From Guillardia theta CCMP2712 (Eukaryota; Protista; Cryptophyta), in assembly GCF_000315625.1 (NCBI RefSeq), contig NW_005434611.1, positions 55,574 through 119,573 of the forward strand: DNA of 64,000 nt. The letters are read 5' to 3'. Position 1 is the first letter of the stretch. Every line of letters begins with the position of its first letter. The translations under genes and the position numbers were made by a program. A model generated the notes under the pieces. The model was not told where the DNA came from. It was given only the letters and a program-made list of their open reading frames with translations, and searched no databases. Positions 10,351 through 28,193 of the stretch are shown here, one piece after another.

Positions 10351-13300
10351 ATGGTGCCTTGCAGACATCAAGATATGGATTTTGATGAAACGGCGTCAAG
10401 AATTCAGAGTCTAGGTCAATCTGTGCTTGTTTGACCGCGTGTATGAGGACTGATTTCGAAACCAGCCGCGGAATTACGAAATCTTGAATCAGAGCATGAG
10501 AGCGAGCGGCAGAGTCTTAACCTAGAGTCATTGTCTGCTCAGATTGTCGAGGAACATGCTGATCTCAGACCCATCTCAGCAGGTGAGCGTTTGAGCTCTA
10601 GCAATCACATGGAGCTGACGGAATTGAAGCTGATAAGGGCAGGGGGGCTGAAGTTTCCTTTGAACGCATGTCGTTGAACATCGAGGACAAACAAGCTCGT
10701 CATCCGAGCTTGCTAGAACGTAGCGAGGAGCTCCTGAGATCTCAGAGAGCGTTCTCCGACCTTTCCTCAAGACATCAGGAACAGCTTTCCAGCGCCCCCA
10801 AGATGTTCGAGGAGAGAACAAGAGACGGTCGAAGTGGGACGCTGACCCGTCAGGTCCTGGGGAGAAATCCTCGAGTAGAGGAGAAAGAGGAGGAGGAGGA
10901 ATCCGCTCTCCTGCTCGACATCCGCAAGGACCCGACTAGAACATCCTTCAAGCGCGACGCCTTCCTTTCGACCCTCATAACGGGCGAGCACGCGGATGTC
11001 GAGAAGGTCTGTCCCGCCCTCCTGCTGGCCGTCTGATGACGAGGATGGTGGCGAGCAGGAGCTCAGGTACCGCAAGAGCCTGCGGGACAAGGACGCTCGT
11101 AGCCAGCAGGGCAAGGGGCTGCAGCAGGAGCTGGGGGGCTATAAGGAGGCGGAGAAGCTCCTCAAGTCTCGTCCTCCTCTCAAAGACCCCTTCGACCTCG
11201 TCCAGGGCCTCTGTAGATACACTCCTCGCCCAACTGACCCCGAGCTGAGGTAATCGTCTGCATGCCCACTGCTTCCCTTCCCTTCCCTCCCGTTCCCTCT
11301 ACTCCCCTTCTCTTCCCTCTACTTCCCTCCCCTTCTCTTCCCTCTCCTTCCCTTCCCTGCTCTACTGCTCCTCTTCTTCCCTCCCCTCCTCCCCTCCCTT
11401 CGCCAGTCTCTCCCCCTCTCTCCCTCACTCTCTCTTCCTTCCCTCTCCTCTTACCTCTCTTCCCCCTCCTTTGCTTCGCTCCTCTCATCCTGTTCCTCCT
11501 TGGTCCACTCGTTTCTCCTCTGTCAGCGCGTGAATTTCCCGCAGGAAGTCGCGCTCTGCCAATCGTTACGCCTACTCCGGTGAACCTCCTCCCTTGTCCC
11601 CGTACCATCCCACCGCAGCCACAGCGAGCATCAAGACGTCGGGAGGTGCGGGGGAACGAAGAGGGGAAGACGGCAAGACGACAGGGAAGGAGCGGATGGG
11701 GTTGCAAGAGAGGACGAAGGACACGGAGAAGCTTGCACGAGTAGAGTTGTTATGTTGCTGTTGAGATTTCATGACATGAGAGAATGCAGGAAGACTTGGA
11801 ATCGTTTCTGATGGGAAGGAGCGAGGAGATAGATTGGAAGCTGAACAATCGCAATCATACCCAGAAAAACCAAATTGACAACCAAAATGACAAGCACGAA
11901 ATTCACAACCATCGCGAGAGCAAGCAAGCCGAAAGTGCAAAAATAGCAAGTGTGGCCCATCCACGTGAGGCTCCGAGCAAATCTACAACTGAGTGGAAGG
12001 TGACAGAATTGTTTGATGCCCAAAAACTTGTTGGAGTTTACGTGTTTACAATCAGCACGAGAAAGCATCAATAGCATTTACAGCACCAACACCAACTCCT
12101 TCTCATGATCACGTACATCTTTTTGCCTGCGCTTCTGCGCTGTCAGCTCATGTCTGGTCTCAACTAGATCAACAAGGCTCCTCCTCCCGCTCCTCCTGCT
12201 GACAAACCCTCCAACATCCACTCGACGGCGTCAAACGACACCAGCGCCTCAAGCAGAGGAAGGCTGGGGATCGGAGGATTTCTGCGGGGGGTGAGGGGTG
12301 GGACTGCAACAGTCTCCTGTACTGATGACGCATGAAAGATGTTCGGATGTGCTGACCGGCGGGAAGGAAATCCGAAGAGGATGCAGAGTGCGCAGGAGGA
12401 GCCGCCGGGTCGAGGGAAGGCGGAGATTCAGGGGATCAGAGCAGGTCAGGAAGTGAGGGAGGACGAGGAGGGGATGGAGGGGAGATGGAAGAATGAAGGA
12501 AGTGACAAGGAGGAGGAGAGGAGCAGAATGTGGAGAGAAAGGAGGAAGAGGGACAGGGAGGAGAGGTGAAGCGAGAGGGCGAGGAGAGGGCGAGAAAAGA
12601 TGAGGAGAACAGAGGAGGAGGGAGGAGGAGTAGGATGCTAAAATGGGCTGTAAGATGTATGTTGTGGGGGCGCGAGGACCAAGGTGGACTCGATGAACAA
12701 CAAGGATGCTGATACAAATGGAGAGAGCTGGAAGGTTCAGAAAGTCTCTCCCTCTCCCTCTCCTTCTCTCCCTGTCCTTCTCTCCTCCTCTCCCTCTCCT
12801 TCTCTCCTCCTCTCCTCTCCCTCACGTCTGTCTCTCGTCTTTCTATCCCTTCTTTCTTGTCTCTATCATCTCCTTCTCGCTCCCTCCTCCCCGCCCTTCT
12901 CTTCCTCCTCTTCCTCCTCTCCTCCTCGCTGCCTAAAATCACTGCTCAGGTCATCTACAAGAGCTCCTCTCCGAAGACGGACAACGACGTTGAGATCTCC
13001 CTCCCCCTCCGTCTCGCGCTCTCTCGCCGCAAGCTTGACTCCCTTCACGAGCTGCTCGCGGCAGTCGGCGAGGAGGCGCAGCTGCGAGGGGTACGAGTGT
13101 CCTCCTCTCAGGTAGCAGATAAGGGAGGAGGGGGATTGTGGAAGAAAGAGAAGTGAGGAGGAGAAGTGAGGAAGAGGGCTGTGAAGGAGGAGGGAGGGAA
13201 GGAGGAGGGAGGGAAGGAGGAGGAGGAGGAGAAAGAGGAGGAGGAGGAGGTTTATGATCTCGTCCTCAGCATGCCCGCCAGGTGATCCTCAGCGGGGAGC

Positions 13301-13356
13301 CGGACAACGTGCAGTACGGTCAGGACCTCTTGGAAGCCGTGCTGAATGAGGCCTGA
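10351..13356 (+). CDS. Uncharacterised multi-exon protein, possibly with a KH-like C-terminal segment
   Basis: Exons MDFDETASRIQSL/AAELRNLESEHESERQSLNLE..., FPQEVALCQSLRLL, VIYKSSSPKTDNDVEISLPLRLALSRRKLDSLHELLAAVGEEAQLRGVRVSSSQ/VILSGEPDNVQYGQDLLEAVLNEA*, joined by GT-AG introns. Start uncertain. Confidence 0.6.
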
Positions 13357-13416
13357 GAGATGGATATCTTTACTAGCGAGTAGACTAGAGGAAACAGCAA
13401 TGCCCCTCCTGTCCTC

Positions 13417-13492
13417 CTCCTGCTTCCCTTCCTGCTTCCCTTCCTGCTTCCCTTCCTGCTTCCCTTCCTGCTTCCCTTCCTGCTTCCCTTCC
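13417..13492. repeat. 12-bp tandem repeat (CTTCCCTTCCTG)n between convergent gene ends
   Basis: About 6 copies visible. Confidence 0.9.
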
Positions 13493-13601
13493 TTCTTCCT
13501 CTTCCCCTCTCTGCCTTCCTCCTCCCTCCCTCCATTGTCCTAGTCCTTCCCTTGCTCTTCCTTCTCGCCCCATCTTCGTTGCTGCCCTCCTCATCCAGGA
13601 C

Positions 13602-15698
13602 TCACTCTGCCCACCCGCTGTCGAAGTTGAGCAGGAAGGACAGTGCACGGATGGCCTCTGCTCCTGTGAAGTCGTCCTTGCTCTCCGTCAGCCCCTGCAG
13701 GGCCTCTATGGCCCCTCCCTGCACCATTTGCAGCATGCAGTCTGCATCTGCTCTGATCTCTGCTATGTTCCTGCACGCGCATGTGCGTCATCATGGGATG
13801 CGAGGGAGGAGGGGGGAGGGCGTGAAGGCGGAGGAGCAGAGCGGAGAAGCAGGGCGGAGGAGCAGGGCGGAGGAGGAGAGCGGAGGAAGAGCAGGGCGGA
13901 GGAGGAGAGCGGAGGAGGAGCAGGGTGGAGGAGGAGAGCGGAGGGTGTGAGGCGGAGGATCGCGCGCGTCTCTCACGCCAGGGTCGTCGCTCCTTCTCTG
14001 CGATATTTGGGGACTGACGACCGACAGAGGCCGACGATGAATCCCAGCGCTCCTCCCTTGACCAGCAGCACATGCACGTCCATGCAGACTGCGAGGGCGG
14101 CAAGCACGCGGCTAGCTTGCATGTGCAGGTCGAGATGGACAGTCTCTCCTGCTCAAGCTCAGCTGTAGCCCAGCAGCAAGTCAGCTCGGACCATCGCTGA
14201 CGCTCTCGTCGGGCTCGCAGATCAACGTGCGGGGAGTTCCGGCGAGCTTGACGAGGGGGGGGATGGCGTTGGAAGAGACAATCGTGCTCGCATGCTCCGC
14301 AGTCCATGACAGCCGCTTCAAGGCCTTGCAAGCGAAGTACCTGAGAGTCGCTTCTCAGCTGCTGCCCAGCTAGCTCGTCTCACCTGGCGTGGTAAGGGCC
14401 GTGCTGGAGGGTGCTGATAAGGAAAGAGATGACGGGGCTGTTGAGGAGGACGGAGGACTTGACGGGAGGAAGGCAGAGGTTGGCGAAGACGCCGCAGACT
14501 AGATGTTGCTGGTCAACGCGTGAGGAGGATCCTGCGGCAAGAAGACGTCAAGTCAGCAGCCACGTAGCTCAGGTCAGCAGCGACCGAGCTTGACGAGTTC
14601 GTCGACGAGGGCGCCGTCTATGTACATCCTGGCGTACTGCAACTTTCGGCTGGAGTTGAGGAGGAGGAGGAGAGCCGAGGTGGTCAGCTCAGGGTCTCCC
14701 TTGCCGTTCAGGTCCCGCAGGCTCAAGCGATGCCGATGGATCAGGTCGAGCGCCGAGTCGTTGAGGGCGAGGAAGGAGAGCGCTCGCACCGCGTGACGAC
14801 CTGCAGGACTTGAGCTGGGGGCGGGGAGGAAGAGGAGAGGGTACAGGTGGAGACGTGCTTGGACTGGAGGCAGCCGACGAGAGACTCGACGATCCTCTCC
14901 TGCTCAGCGACCTGCGACCTCACTTGCTCCTCGCTAGCGCTCAGCGCCACCAGCATCTCGCATGCGATCGCGTTGCTGTCGGCGTGCGGGGACCCCAACA
15001 GCTTCTCGAGTGGGGGCAGGATGTGGAGGGCGACCAGCTGCCTGATGAGCTGCTTGTGTTTGCACATTCGCAGGACGGCAGAGGCGGCCTCCAGCTGGAG
15101 ATGCGGGTCGTCAACGTGCATGTACTTGATCAGGCAGGACGCCAGCCCTCTGGTCATCAGCTCCTGCGCCACCTGCGTGACGTCACCAGCCCCCCCCCTC
15201 CTCGTCCCCCTCCTCTCACGCTCTGATCCTTCACAAGGGCTCCGGAGAGCGCGCAGACGCTGGTCTGAATGGGAACGTTGGGAGTGTCGAGGACGCGCAT
15301 CATGACCTCTATCCCTCCTCTCTGTAGGAACTCCGAGCAGAACCTGTCCTCTCGTTCGCACAGCGCTCCTAACACGTTTGTGCTTTCCCTGATCATCGCC
15401 TCAATATTCATCTCTTCGTTCCCCGTCTCCATCCTCTTCTTCACTCCCTCGACCTCTGACTTTGCCTCCTCCAGCATCTGCTCTGCTTGCTTCAACACTG
15501 ACTTGTTCCGCAGCAGCATCGTCATTTCCCCTCGCCCACCCTCCTTTAGCTGCGCCTTGGCTGCGGTGATCCCCTCCTCACAGCTCCTCACATAATCCTG
15601 CGGGATCATGAGAGGAGGAAGGGATAAAGGAGGAGCAAAAATAGAAAGGAAGCAAGCAGAAGAAAGAGCAGGAGCACCACCAGCACCAGCACCAGCAC

Positions 15699-15736
<38 letters not shown>

Positions 15737-17676
15737 CCAGCAGCACCAGCAGCACCAGCAGCACCAGCAGCACCAGCAGCACCAGGTTTACCTCCTTCTC
15801 CTTCAAGATGGTTTTCAGCCCTTCCTTCCAGCGCGGCTCGCAGAGCTCGAGCAGCGTCTTCATCCCCTCTCGCCGGGCGATCTCCGTCCTCGCTCTCAGC
15901 TCCTCCGCCAGGATACGCATGAGCTTGAGGCAGGAGAGCTTGAGAGAGGTGATGGAGGAGCCCAAGAAGTCAAAGAGAACGTCCCAGCTGATCTTCGAGC
16001 TGATGAAGGATCGTTTCTGCTGGGATCGTGCTTCCACCGTCAGTCTCTCGAGGCTCTGGATGGACTGCTCAGGGAGGTAGACAGATCTGAGGAGGGCTTA
16101 GAGGAGGAGGCAGAGCCGTCACGTCACTCACTTGACCACGTCAGCGAGGCTTCTGTCTCGCCTCGCAGGCTCCACCTCGATCAGATCCTACCGCTCCTTC
16201 ATGCACGAAAGCGAGGAGGAGGAGGAGGAGGAGGAGGAGGAGGGGGGGGGGGGAAGGGGGGCGGGGGGGTAGAGACGGACGGACGGACGGACGGACGGAC
16301 GGACGGACGGAGCAAGGGAAGCAGACGAGGTCTCACCTGCGACGACTCTTGTGTTTGCAGTGAGTTCACAACCTGCTTCTGCTTTCTCGGGCTCCAGACC
16401 CAGTCCAACCCGAACTTGCGAGACAGATAGCGGCCAACCTGATCTGTCAGCGCATGTCAGGACGCGCATCTGAAGCTTCCTTTTGCCTCTTCACCTATCT
16501 GAGAGTGCTTCAAGCGGTCAGCAAACGCGATGAACTCTACAATCTCTCCATCGAAATATTTTCTGGACGTGAGTTACACGTGTTGTTCATTGCAAGATAG
16601 ATCGATACAACCTTCCGTCCGCGTCCAGCCCGAACAAGACATGAGTGAAGTAGGCCGAGGCTTCGGGTGACTGCGACAGGTCGACATGCCCGCTGCTGCT
16701 CTGTGAGCGCGAGGAGGGAGAGAGAGATGAGGAGCGGAGGGAGAGAGAGATGGAGAGAAAGAGAGAGGGAGGGAGGAGAGAAGGTGAGAACCTCGGCACG
16801 TTCCTACATCCGTTGATGTACATTGAGATCTGACTGCCAACCTTTCTTAGCAGGACGATGGAGAACTTGGTGGGGTCATCGCCTTCAGTCACACACGATT
16901 CCTTCCTGCCTGTCAGCGCGCCGCCATGTCTGCCTTCTCCGCACCTTTCCTGCATGGACCTTGAAGCGAGGCTCGTACGTCTTCTTGCCATCGAAGCTTT
17001 GTTCGATTGCAACTTGAAGCTGCTTGACTAGTCAGCTCCTCCTCTAGTGCCTCCCCTGCTCCCTCTAGTCCCTCCCCTGCTCCCTCTAGTCCCTCCCCTG
17101 CTCCCTCTAGTCCCTCCCCTGCTCCCTCTAGTCCCTCCCCTGCTCTGCCCACCTCAAGGCTCCAACCACTCTCGGAGTCCAAGAGCGTGAAGATGGGCCA
17201 CGGGCTGCGGTCTGATCAGCCTCGAGCAGGAGACTTGTGTTCGGACCTGTTGCCCTGGCTGAGGTAGGACTTGCACACTATGAAGATGCTGAAGCTGCTC
17301 TCCTTGACCTGCGCCCGGTCAGACCTCGACGGAGCCGCATGCCTCCTTCACGTTGCCGCTGAGTTGCCTCGCAAGCATTGAGTTCTCTTGGATGTACATG
17401 TACTTGTCTGTGGAGAACTTGATGGAGGGGTAGTAGTTGATGATGTTTCTATGGTACAACCTTGACAACAAGGTATGAGGGGTATGAGAGGAGAGGTCTT
17501 CTCAGCTCACGGTTGGTACATGGCCGCCGGTTGACACGCGTGAGCCTGAATGCCTTGAAACACCTGAGAGCTCGCTCCAGCTGTGCCAGCTATGAGATGT
17601 TAGCGATGAGGAAGCAGGAGAAGGAGCATGAAGTAGGAAACAGAAGCAGGTTCAGGTGCAGGTGCAGGGAGTAGGA

Positions 17677-17713
<37 letters not shown>

Positions 17714-18530
17714 AGAAAGCAGCAGCAGCAAAGAAAGCAGCGGCAGGCCTCTTACTTGGGTTGAGGAAGAGCAGGTTGCCTTGCCTTGCTATCACTTCTA
17801 TCCTTCTCTCTGGCACCTTTGAGTCCTCAACCTACTGGACGTCAGACCTTGTCGCGGGCCATGAAGATGCACAAGAACGAGCGGATGATCGGAGGAAGCA
17901 GCATCGAAGATGTCCAGAGCATCTGAGACAACATGATGAAAGATACACTAGCCCTAACTCAACCTTGCTGACTCGATATCTCAACTTGCGTTGCTCCTGA
18001 TTGAAACGACTTGGAGCAGGTGATTCGGAGAGGGAGAGCACTGATATTCAATGTCAACCTCAATCGCACGAGGAGACACTCGCCTGTCATGTATGATCGC
18101 AGTCTTGCTGCCATGAGGTTGGCTGTGATACTCCAGCTCCTCCAGCTTCAGCCACCCGACAAGGAACTGAAGGAATCATCATGAAAACGACAACGAGCAG
18201 AAGGTGATTCGAAGATGAGTGATTGCGATGATACTACGGTCATGCTACCCAACGAACACAGGGAGGATGAAGCAGCAGGAGCATATGATCTCAGTGACCT
18301 TGAAGCTCGGGTTGGGCCAGGGACCAGATGGGCTACAGGTCATCCATGTCAAACGAGAGCAGCAGCCCGTCTCTCCCTCTCACCCTCGTTTACTTGCCTC
18401 CATGATGTCCTCCCGCTCCCTCGTCGCCATCCTCCGATCCTCCGCCATCTTCCGTTCTTCCGTCATGCCCAATCCTTCGTCATGCTTGATCCTCTGCCCT
18501 CTCCTCCTCCTCTTCTTGGCTCATCGCCTG
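13602..18530 (-). CDS. Armadillo-repeat protein with an N-terminal beta-rich (LamG/ConA-like) region
   Basis: ARM-like exons FCSEFLQRGGIEVMMRVLDTPNVPIQTSVCALSGALV, LVALHILPPLEKLLGSPHADSNAIACEMLVALSA, MVQGGAIEALQGLTESKDDFTGAEAIRALSFLL. Upstream FSIVLLRKVGSQISMYING and FSIFIVCK resemble LamG strands. Start approximate. Confidence 0.7.
17040..17145. repeat. 21-bp intronic tandem repeat (CCTCCCCTGCTCCCTCTAGTC)n, ~5 copies
   Basis: Directly visible. Confidence 0.9.
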
Positions 18531-18811
18531 ATCTTGTAGGTGATTACTTGCTCGACGACACCAGGGCGAGGGCAGGAATCCAAATTTCCCTCCTCTCCTA
18601 CCTGTCCCTCCCCCTCCCCCTCCCCCTCCCCCTCTCTCTCCCTCTCCCTCCTCTCCCTCCTCCCCCTCCCTCATCCTCTCCGTCCCCCTCCACCTTCTCT
18701 TCCCTACCTACCCGCCATTTATTAGGCCCGGCCAGGCATTTCAATATTCCAACCTACCAACTTACACGCCATGCCGAGCTAAGCCGTAGCGCATGGAGAG
18801 CAAGGTGAGCG

Positions 18812-18962
18812 AAGAGCAAAGCAGAGCAGAGCAGAGCAGAGCAGAGCAAAGCAGAGCAGAGCAGAGCAGAGCAGAGCAGAGCAAAGCAGAGCAGAGCAGA
18901 GCAGAGCAGAGCAGAGCAGAGCAGAGCAGAGCAGAGCAGAGCAGAGCAGAGCAGAGCAGAGC
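18812..18962. repeat. (GCAGA)n pentamer microsatellite in a divergent intergenic region
   Basis: About 30 copies, with occasional GCAAA variants. Confidence 0.95.
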
Positions 18963-19112
18963 GAATGGTGGGAGGAAGAGGGCTGGTAGGAAGGGGAAAG
19001 GGAACGAATGGAGCCATATGAAGGGAAGAGAAGTCAGACAAGGAATGAGGACACAAGGAGGATGTTCTGAGATGTTGCTCACCATCGTTCAGCTTTTCTA
19101 GCAGCAGTCCTC

Positions 19113-24682
<5,570 letters not shown>

Positions 24683-24810
24683 CATTGAGGAGCGGGAGAC
24701 ACTGATTGTACAGTCACAAGAGCGAGAAGAATAAAATCACGAGTAAGATAGCGTTGGACGATGCAGAGAGCTTCCTCTACATCGCGATTGAAGCGTGCGA
24801 TGGCGGGTCA

Positions 24811-26008
24811 TCAAGTAGCAAGCTTCTCGTTTTCCTCTTCACTGCAACGAGAACGTGAGACGAGAAGAAAACAAGATCAAGAGCAAACCTGGTCTTCTCA
24901 AACACAGCACTGCAATCCACCGGGAAGAGCAGAGAGACGGGTACCGTTCAGAGACAACACGAGCTCAACAATTTCACAACTCACCTGACTGTGAAGAAGT
25001 TCAATAATCCAGTGAGGAGAAGAGACGCCAAGAATCCAAGAGGGTTCAGCCACTTGAACAGCCATGAAGCGCCTGTCTGAGCGATGTACATCTGCACTCC
25101 ATCAACTGACGGGAAATCAGGTTCGCAGACGACTAACCTTCCCCAAGCCGATGCATCCTTCAGTGATCATGGGGTTGAGAACAAAAGCAATCGAGTAAGC
25201 CATGTAGATGCCTGTCAAGCAGATGAGAAGGAGTTAAGTAACAGCTGCAGTGGCAGACAGACGAAGGGGCTGGTGTAACAGTCGAAGAGGCTGGTGGAGG
25301 GAGAGAGGAGAGGGAGATCATGACTGCAGCAATGGTTCATACTTGCACGGAAGACCAGGGAACGAAGAGAAGGAGGGGAAAGGGTAAGGAAATGAGAGGC
25401 AAGGACAGTGGGTGGGAAAGGGAAGGAGAGGGAGGAGCGGCAGTGGGGAGAAATTAGAAAGAGGAGGAGCAGTTGGGGGAGGGGGAGGAAGGGGAAGGAG
25501 GAAGACGTCGGTCACCCGCAAGTTCCTTGAGGTAGATGGCGTTGATCTGTAGATCTTTCCCGTAGACTAGGACGCGATGGAGGGCGTGCTGCCAGGAGAC
25601 GCTGCAGAGGTACGCGATGGTGACTGAGATGCCTGCGCTGGTGATGAACCCGAGGAGGATGGAGTAGAGGCCGAAGTAGAGCACGTTGGCGATGCCGCAG
25701 CTCACCGTGTACCGCACTGTGAGCGGCACCTGAGAGTTGAAGACTTCCAGCACGCGCAGCTGCGAGCGAAGGTCCTGGGGAGCCGTTCGGAGGACGGGGA
25801 AGATGCCTTCGCCGTTGCCCTCTGAGGCAGCGAGGGAGGAGCCTCCTCGGAGCCGATGCAAACGATCCTGAGCGCCGCATCGTTGCAGCCAGGCGGAGCT
25901 CGAGGAGGGGGGAGTTACGAGGTAACCGATCCTCGAGGAGGTCTGAAGACCCGTACCGAGGTCGACATGAAGTGCGATGACAGCAAGAAGAAGGGAAGAA
26001 AACTTCAT
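24811..26008 (-). CDS. GtrA-family small membrane protein with an N-terminal signal peptide and a transit-like leader ending in RLRGG
   Basis: MKFSSLLLAVIALHVDLGTG...RLHRLRGG; VRYTVSCGIANVLYFGLYSILLGFITSAGISVTIAYLCSVSWQHALHRVLVYG fits the GtrA pattern. Downstream exons GIYMAYSIAFVLNPMITEGCIGLG, LLTGLLNFFTV and SEEENEKLAT*. Confidence 0.7.
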
Positions 26009-26335
26009 GCCGTGATTGATGGATGAGATAAAGAGACTAAGCGAGCATGGAGCCCTGGTCAAGGAGGGTCAGTGAAACATATTCGATTTCAAATCAACCT
26101 CCTCTTCGAACTGCAATCCATTCATCCTCTCCCCTTCTTCCACACCACTCTGTTCCATCCCTGCCTCCCTGCCTCCCTGCCTGAATGCATCCCTCCAACT
26201 TCCCATCCTTTTTCATCTTCTTCCGCCATCTGCATTCCTCTCGCTTCTCTCCTCAACTCTTCAATGACTGCTCGGCATTTCGATGCAACTCTTTTCGTTT
26301 TCCATCTCCTGTCTGCAATCCTGTTCTGTCATGTA

Positions 26336-26436
26336 TCCTCTCCTCTCCTCTCCTCTCCTCTCCTCTCCTCTCCTCTCCTCTCCTCTCCTCTCCTCTCCTC
26401 TCCTCTCCTCTCCTCTCCTCTCCTCTCCTCTCCTCT
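26336..26436. repeat. (TCCTC)n pentamer microsatellite
   Basis: About 20 copies. Confidence 0.95.
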
Positions 26437-26519
26437 CTGCTTCCCTTGACTCCTTTCTCCTAGTTTCGTGGTGAAAAAAATTATTCTTTCTTGCTCTTTT
26501 TTTTTGGCCCCTCTACAGA

Positions 26520-27085
26520 TCGTTGGGTACTAGGAATTCGTCAATCACCCCACCCCTCATTCAAAAACTTTCATATAGACCCCCTTGTTTCAATGTTAAA
26601 GTACCCCTACTCCATCATTTCTCATGTCAACCACCGGTACATACCTCTTATAAAGCCTGTTGAGAGGCCCGTCACTGAGTCACCCGGCAGTGAAGTCCCG
26701 CCTGGCCGGGCCCGGCGCCCGGCCGGGTCTTCAACGGTGAACTCCGAGGCTCGGAATTTGTGTAGTAACGGGTGGTAACCGTTAACTTGTAACTTTGAGT
26801 AAAGAACCGTGGTCAGACTCTCGCACTTTTCCATACCGTGTCTTCGGACTGGCGCCGGGCCGGCGAGACGCCGGGCCGGGTTGACTGCCCGGCGGCCGCC
26901 GCCGCCGCGGGCCGGGCCGGGCCGGCCGGGCCCGGCGGCGGCCCCGGCGGGGCTCGGAACCCGGCTGAGGCTCCGAGGCTCGATTCAATCAGTGACTTGG
27001 CCCCCCGGGCCGTCGGGGGCCATCGGCCCGATCGACGGTCCGGGTGACCGGGAATCCGGCCGGGCGGGCGGCCCCTCACTGACCT
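26520..27085. repeat. Composite intergenic element: ACCCC/TACCCC tract plus GC-rich core
   Basis: TAACTTTGAGTAAAGA (26790-26805) is the exact reverse complement of 51719-51734. Also GGCCGGGCC arrays and TGAGTCA words. Confidence 0.65.
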
Positions 27086-28193
27086 GTACTCAATGTTTAT
27101 AGGACAGTTGCATGCGAGATAGGGATTTCTATTTCATTTCTGTAAAGCTGCAATATTTTAATGGTCTCGGAATGGAGCCGCGCTGAATCCGATTCTATTT
27201 CGTTTATTGCGAATGTGCAGGGATTTGAAACATTTGCAACAAATTTACTTTAAAACCACCATAACGCATTGAACTGACGGGGGATAGAAAACAATAAAAC
27301 GTTTAATTCCAATAAAATTTCTGTAATGTTGTCAACTACTTGGTTTTTTGTAGTACTGCTGGTTTGGGTCAAAGTCCGCGCGGAGTCTAGTCATATTCCT
27401 CGTCCTCGTCCTCGTCCTCCTCGTCCTCGTCCTCGTCCTTCTCCTCTCCCCCTCCTCCACCCATCCAAGGCTCCTCTCTGCTACGTCCCCATCTTCGCGC
27501 TGAACTTCTTCTATCCTCCTGCTTCGCCCCGATTCTACTCAGTCTCTCGATCCTCCTCGTCCTCGTCCTTTCGGATTCCGCGAGTCTGTTCTCCAAGACT
27601 TCTTCATCCCTCCTCCCTGCTACTCTTTCAAGTTTTGATTCTGATCAAGATTTTCTCTACGTCTTCCTTTGCACAATTTGTCCTTCTTTTATCTCTTTGG
27701 TTTTCACACCATTCCGGTTGATTTTATGCCTGCTCATCTTTATGACTTGAACTCTATTACTGTCTTCGCCCATCCTCTCTACTTCCCCGTTCTCTCAAGT
27801 TTTGACTTAAATCATTTTTGCATCCCATTCTCTGTCATGTCTTCTTCTACGTGTATCGTTGATCGTCATCTCATTTCTTGGATCATCTTGCATTCTTTCC
27901 GCCTTGAACTGTTGGTTACGGTCTGGTGTTCTTTTCACCCATATCAAAAGCTGCTCCGTGTTGCTCGATCTATTCGTCTCCTCCTCCTCTCCTCCATTCA
28001 ATTCCCTTAAATTCCGATTTTCTGCATTTCCGTTGACTCTCCCTGCTTGTCAATTCCTTGAATTACAAGGCAGTTGCCTTGAAGTGAAGTGCATTGCACA
28101 TTGTTGACGAGCAGGGTTTGAAGCTGACCATCAAGTTTTGAAGCAGATGATCAACGAGACTGCCTAGAGTACATCATTGGTCGGGAGATACCA

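Noticed and set aside
26782-27102. Pro/Gly/Arg-rich ORFs in GC cores (also 51178-51577)
   Set aside because: Stop-poor frames are expected from extreme GC content; they show no protein-like features.
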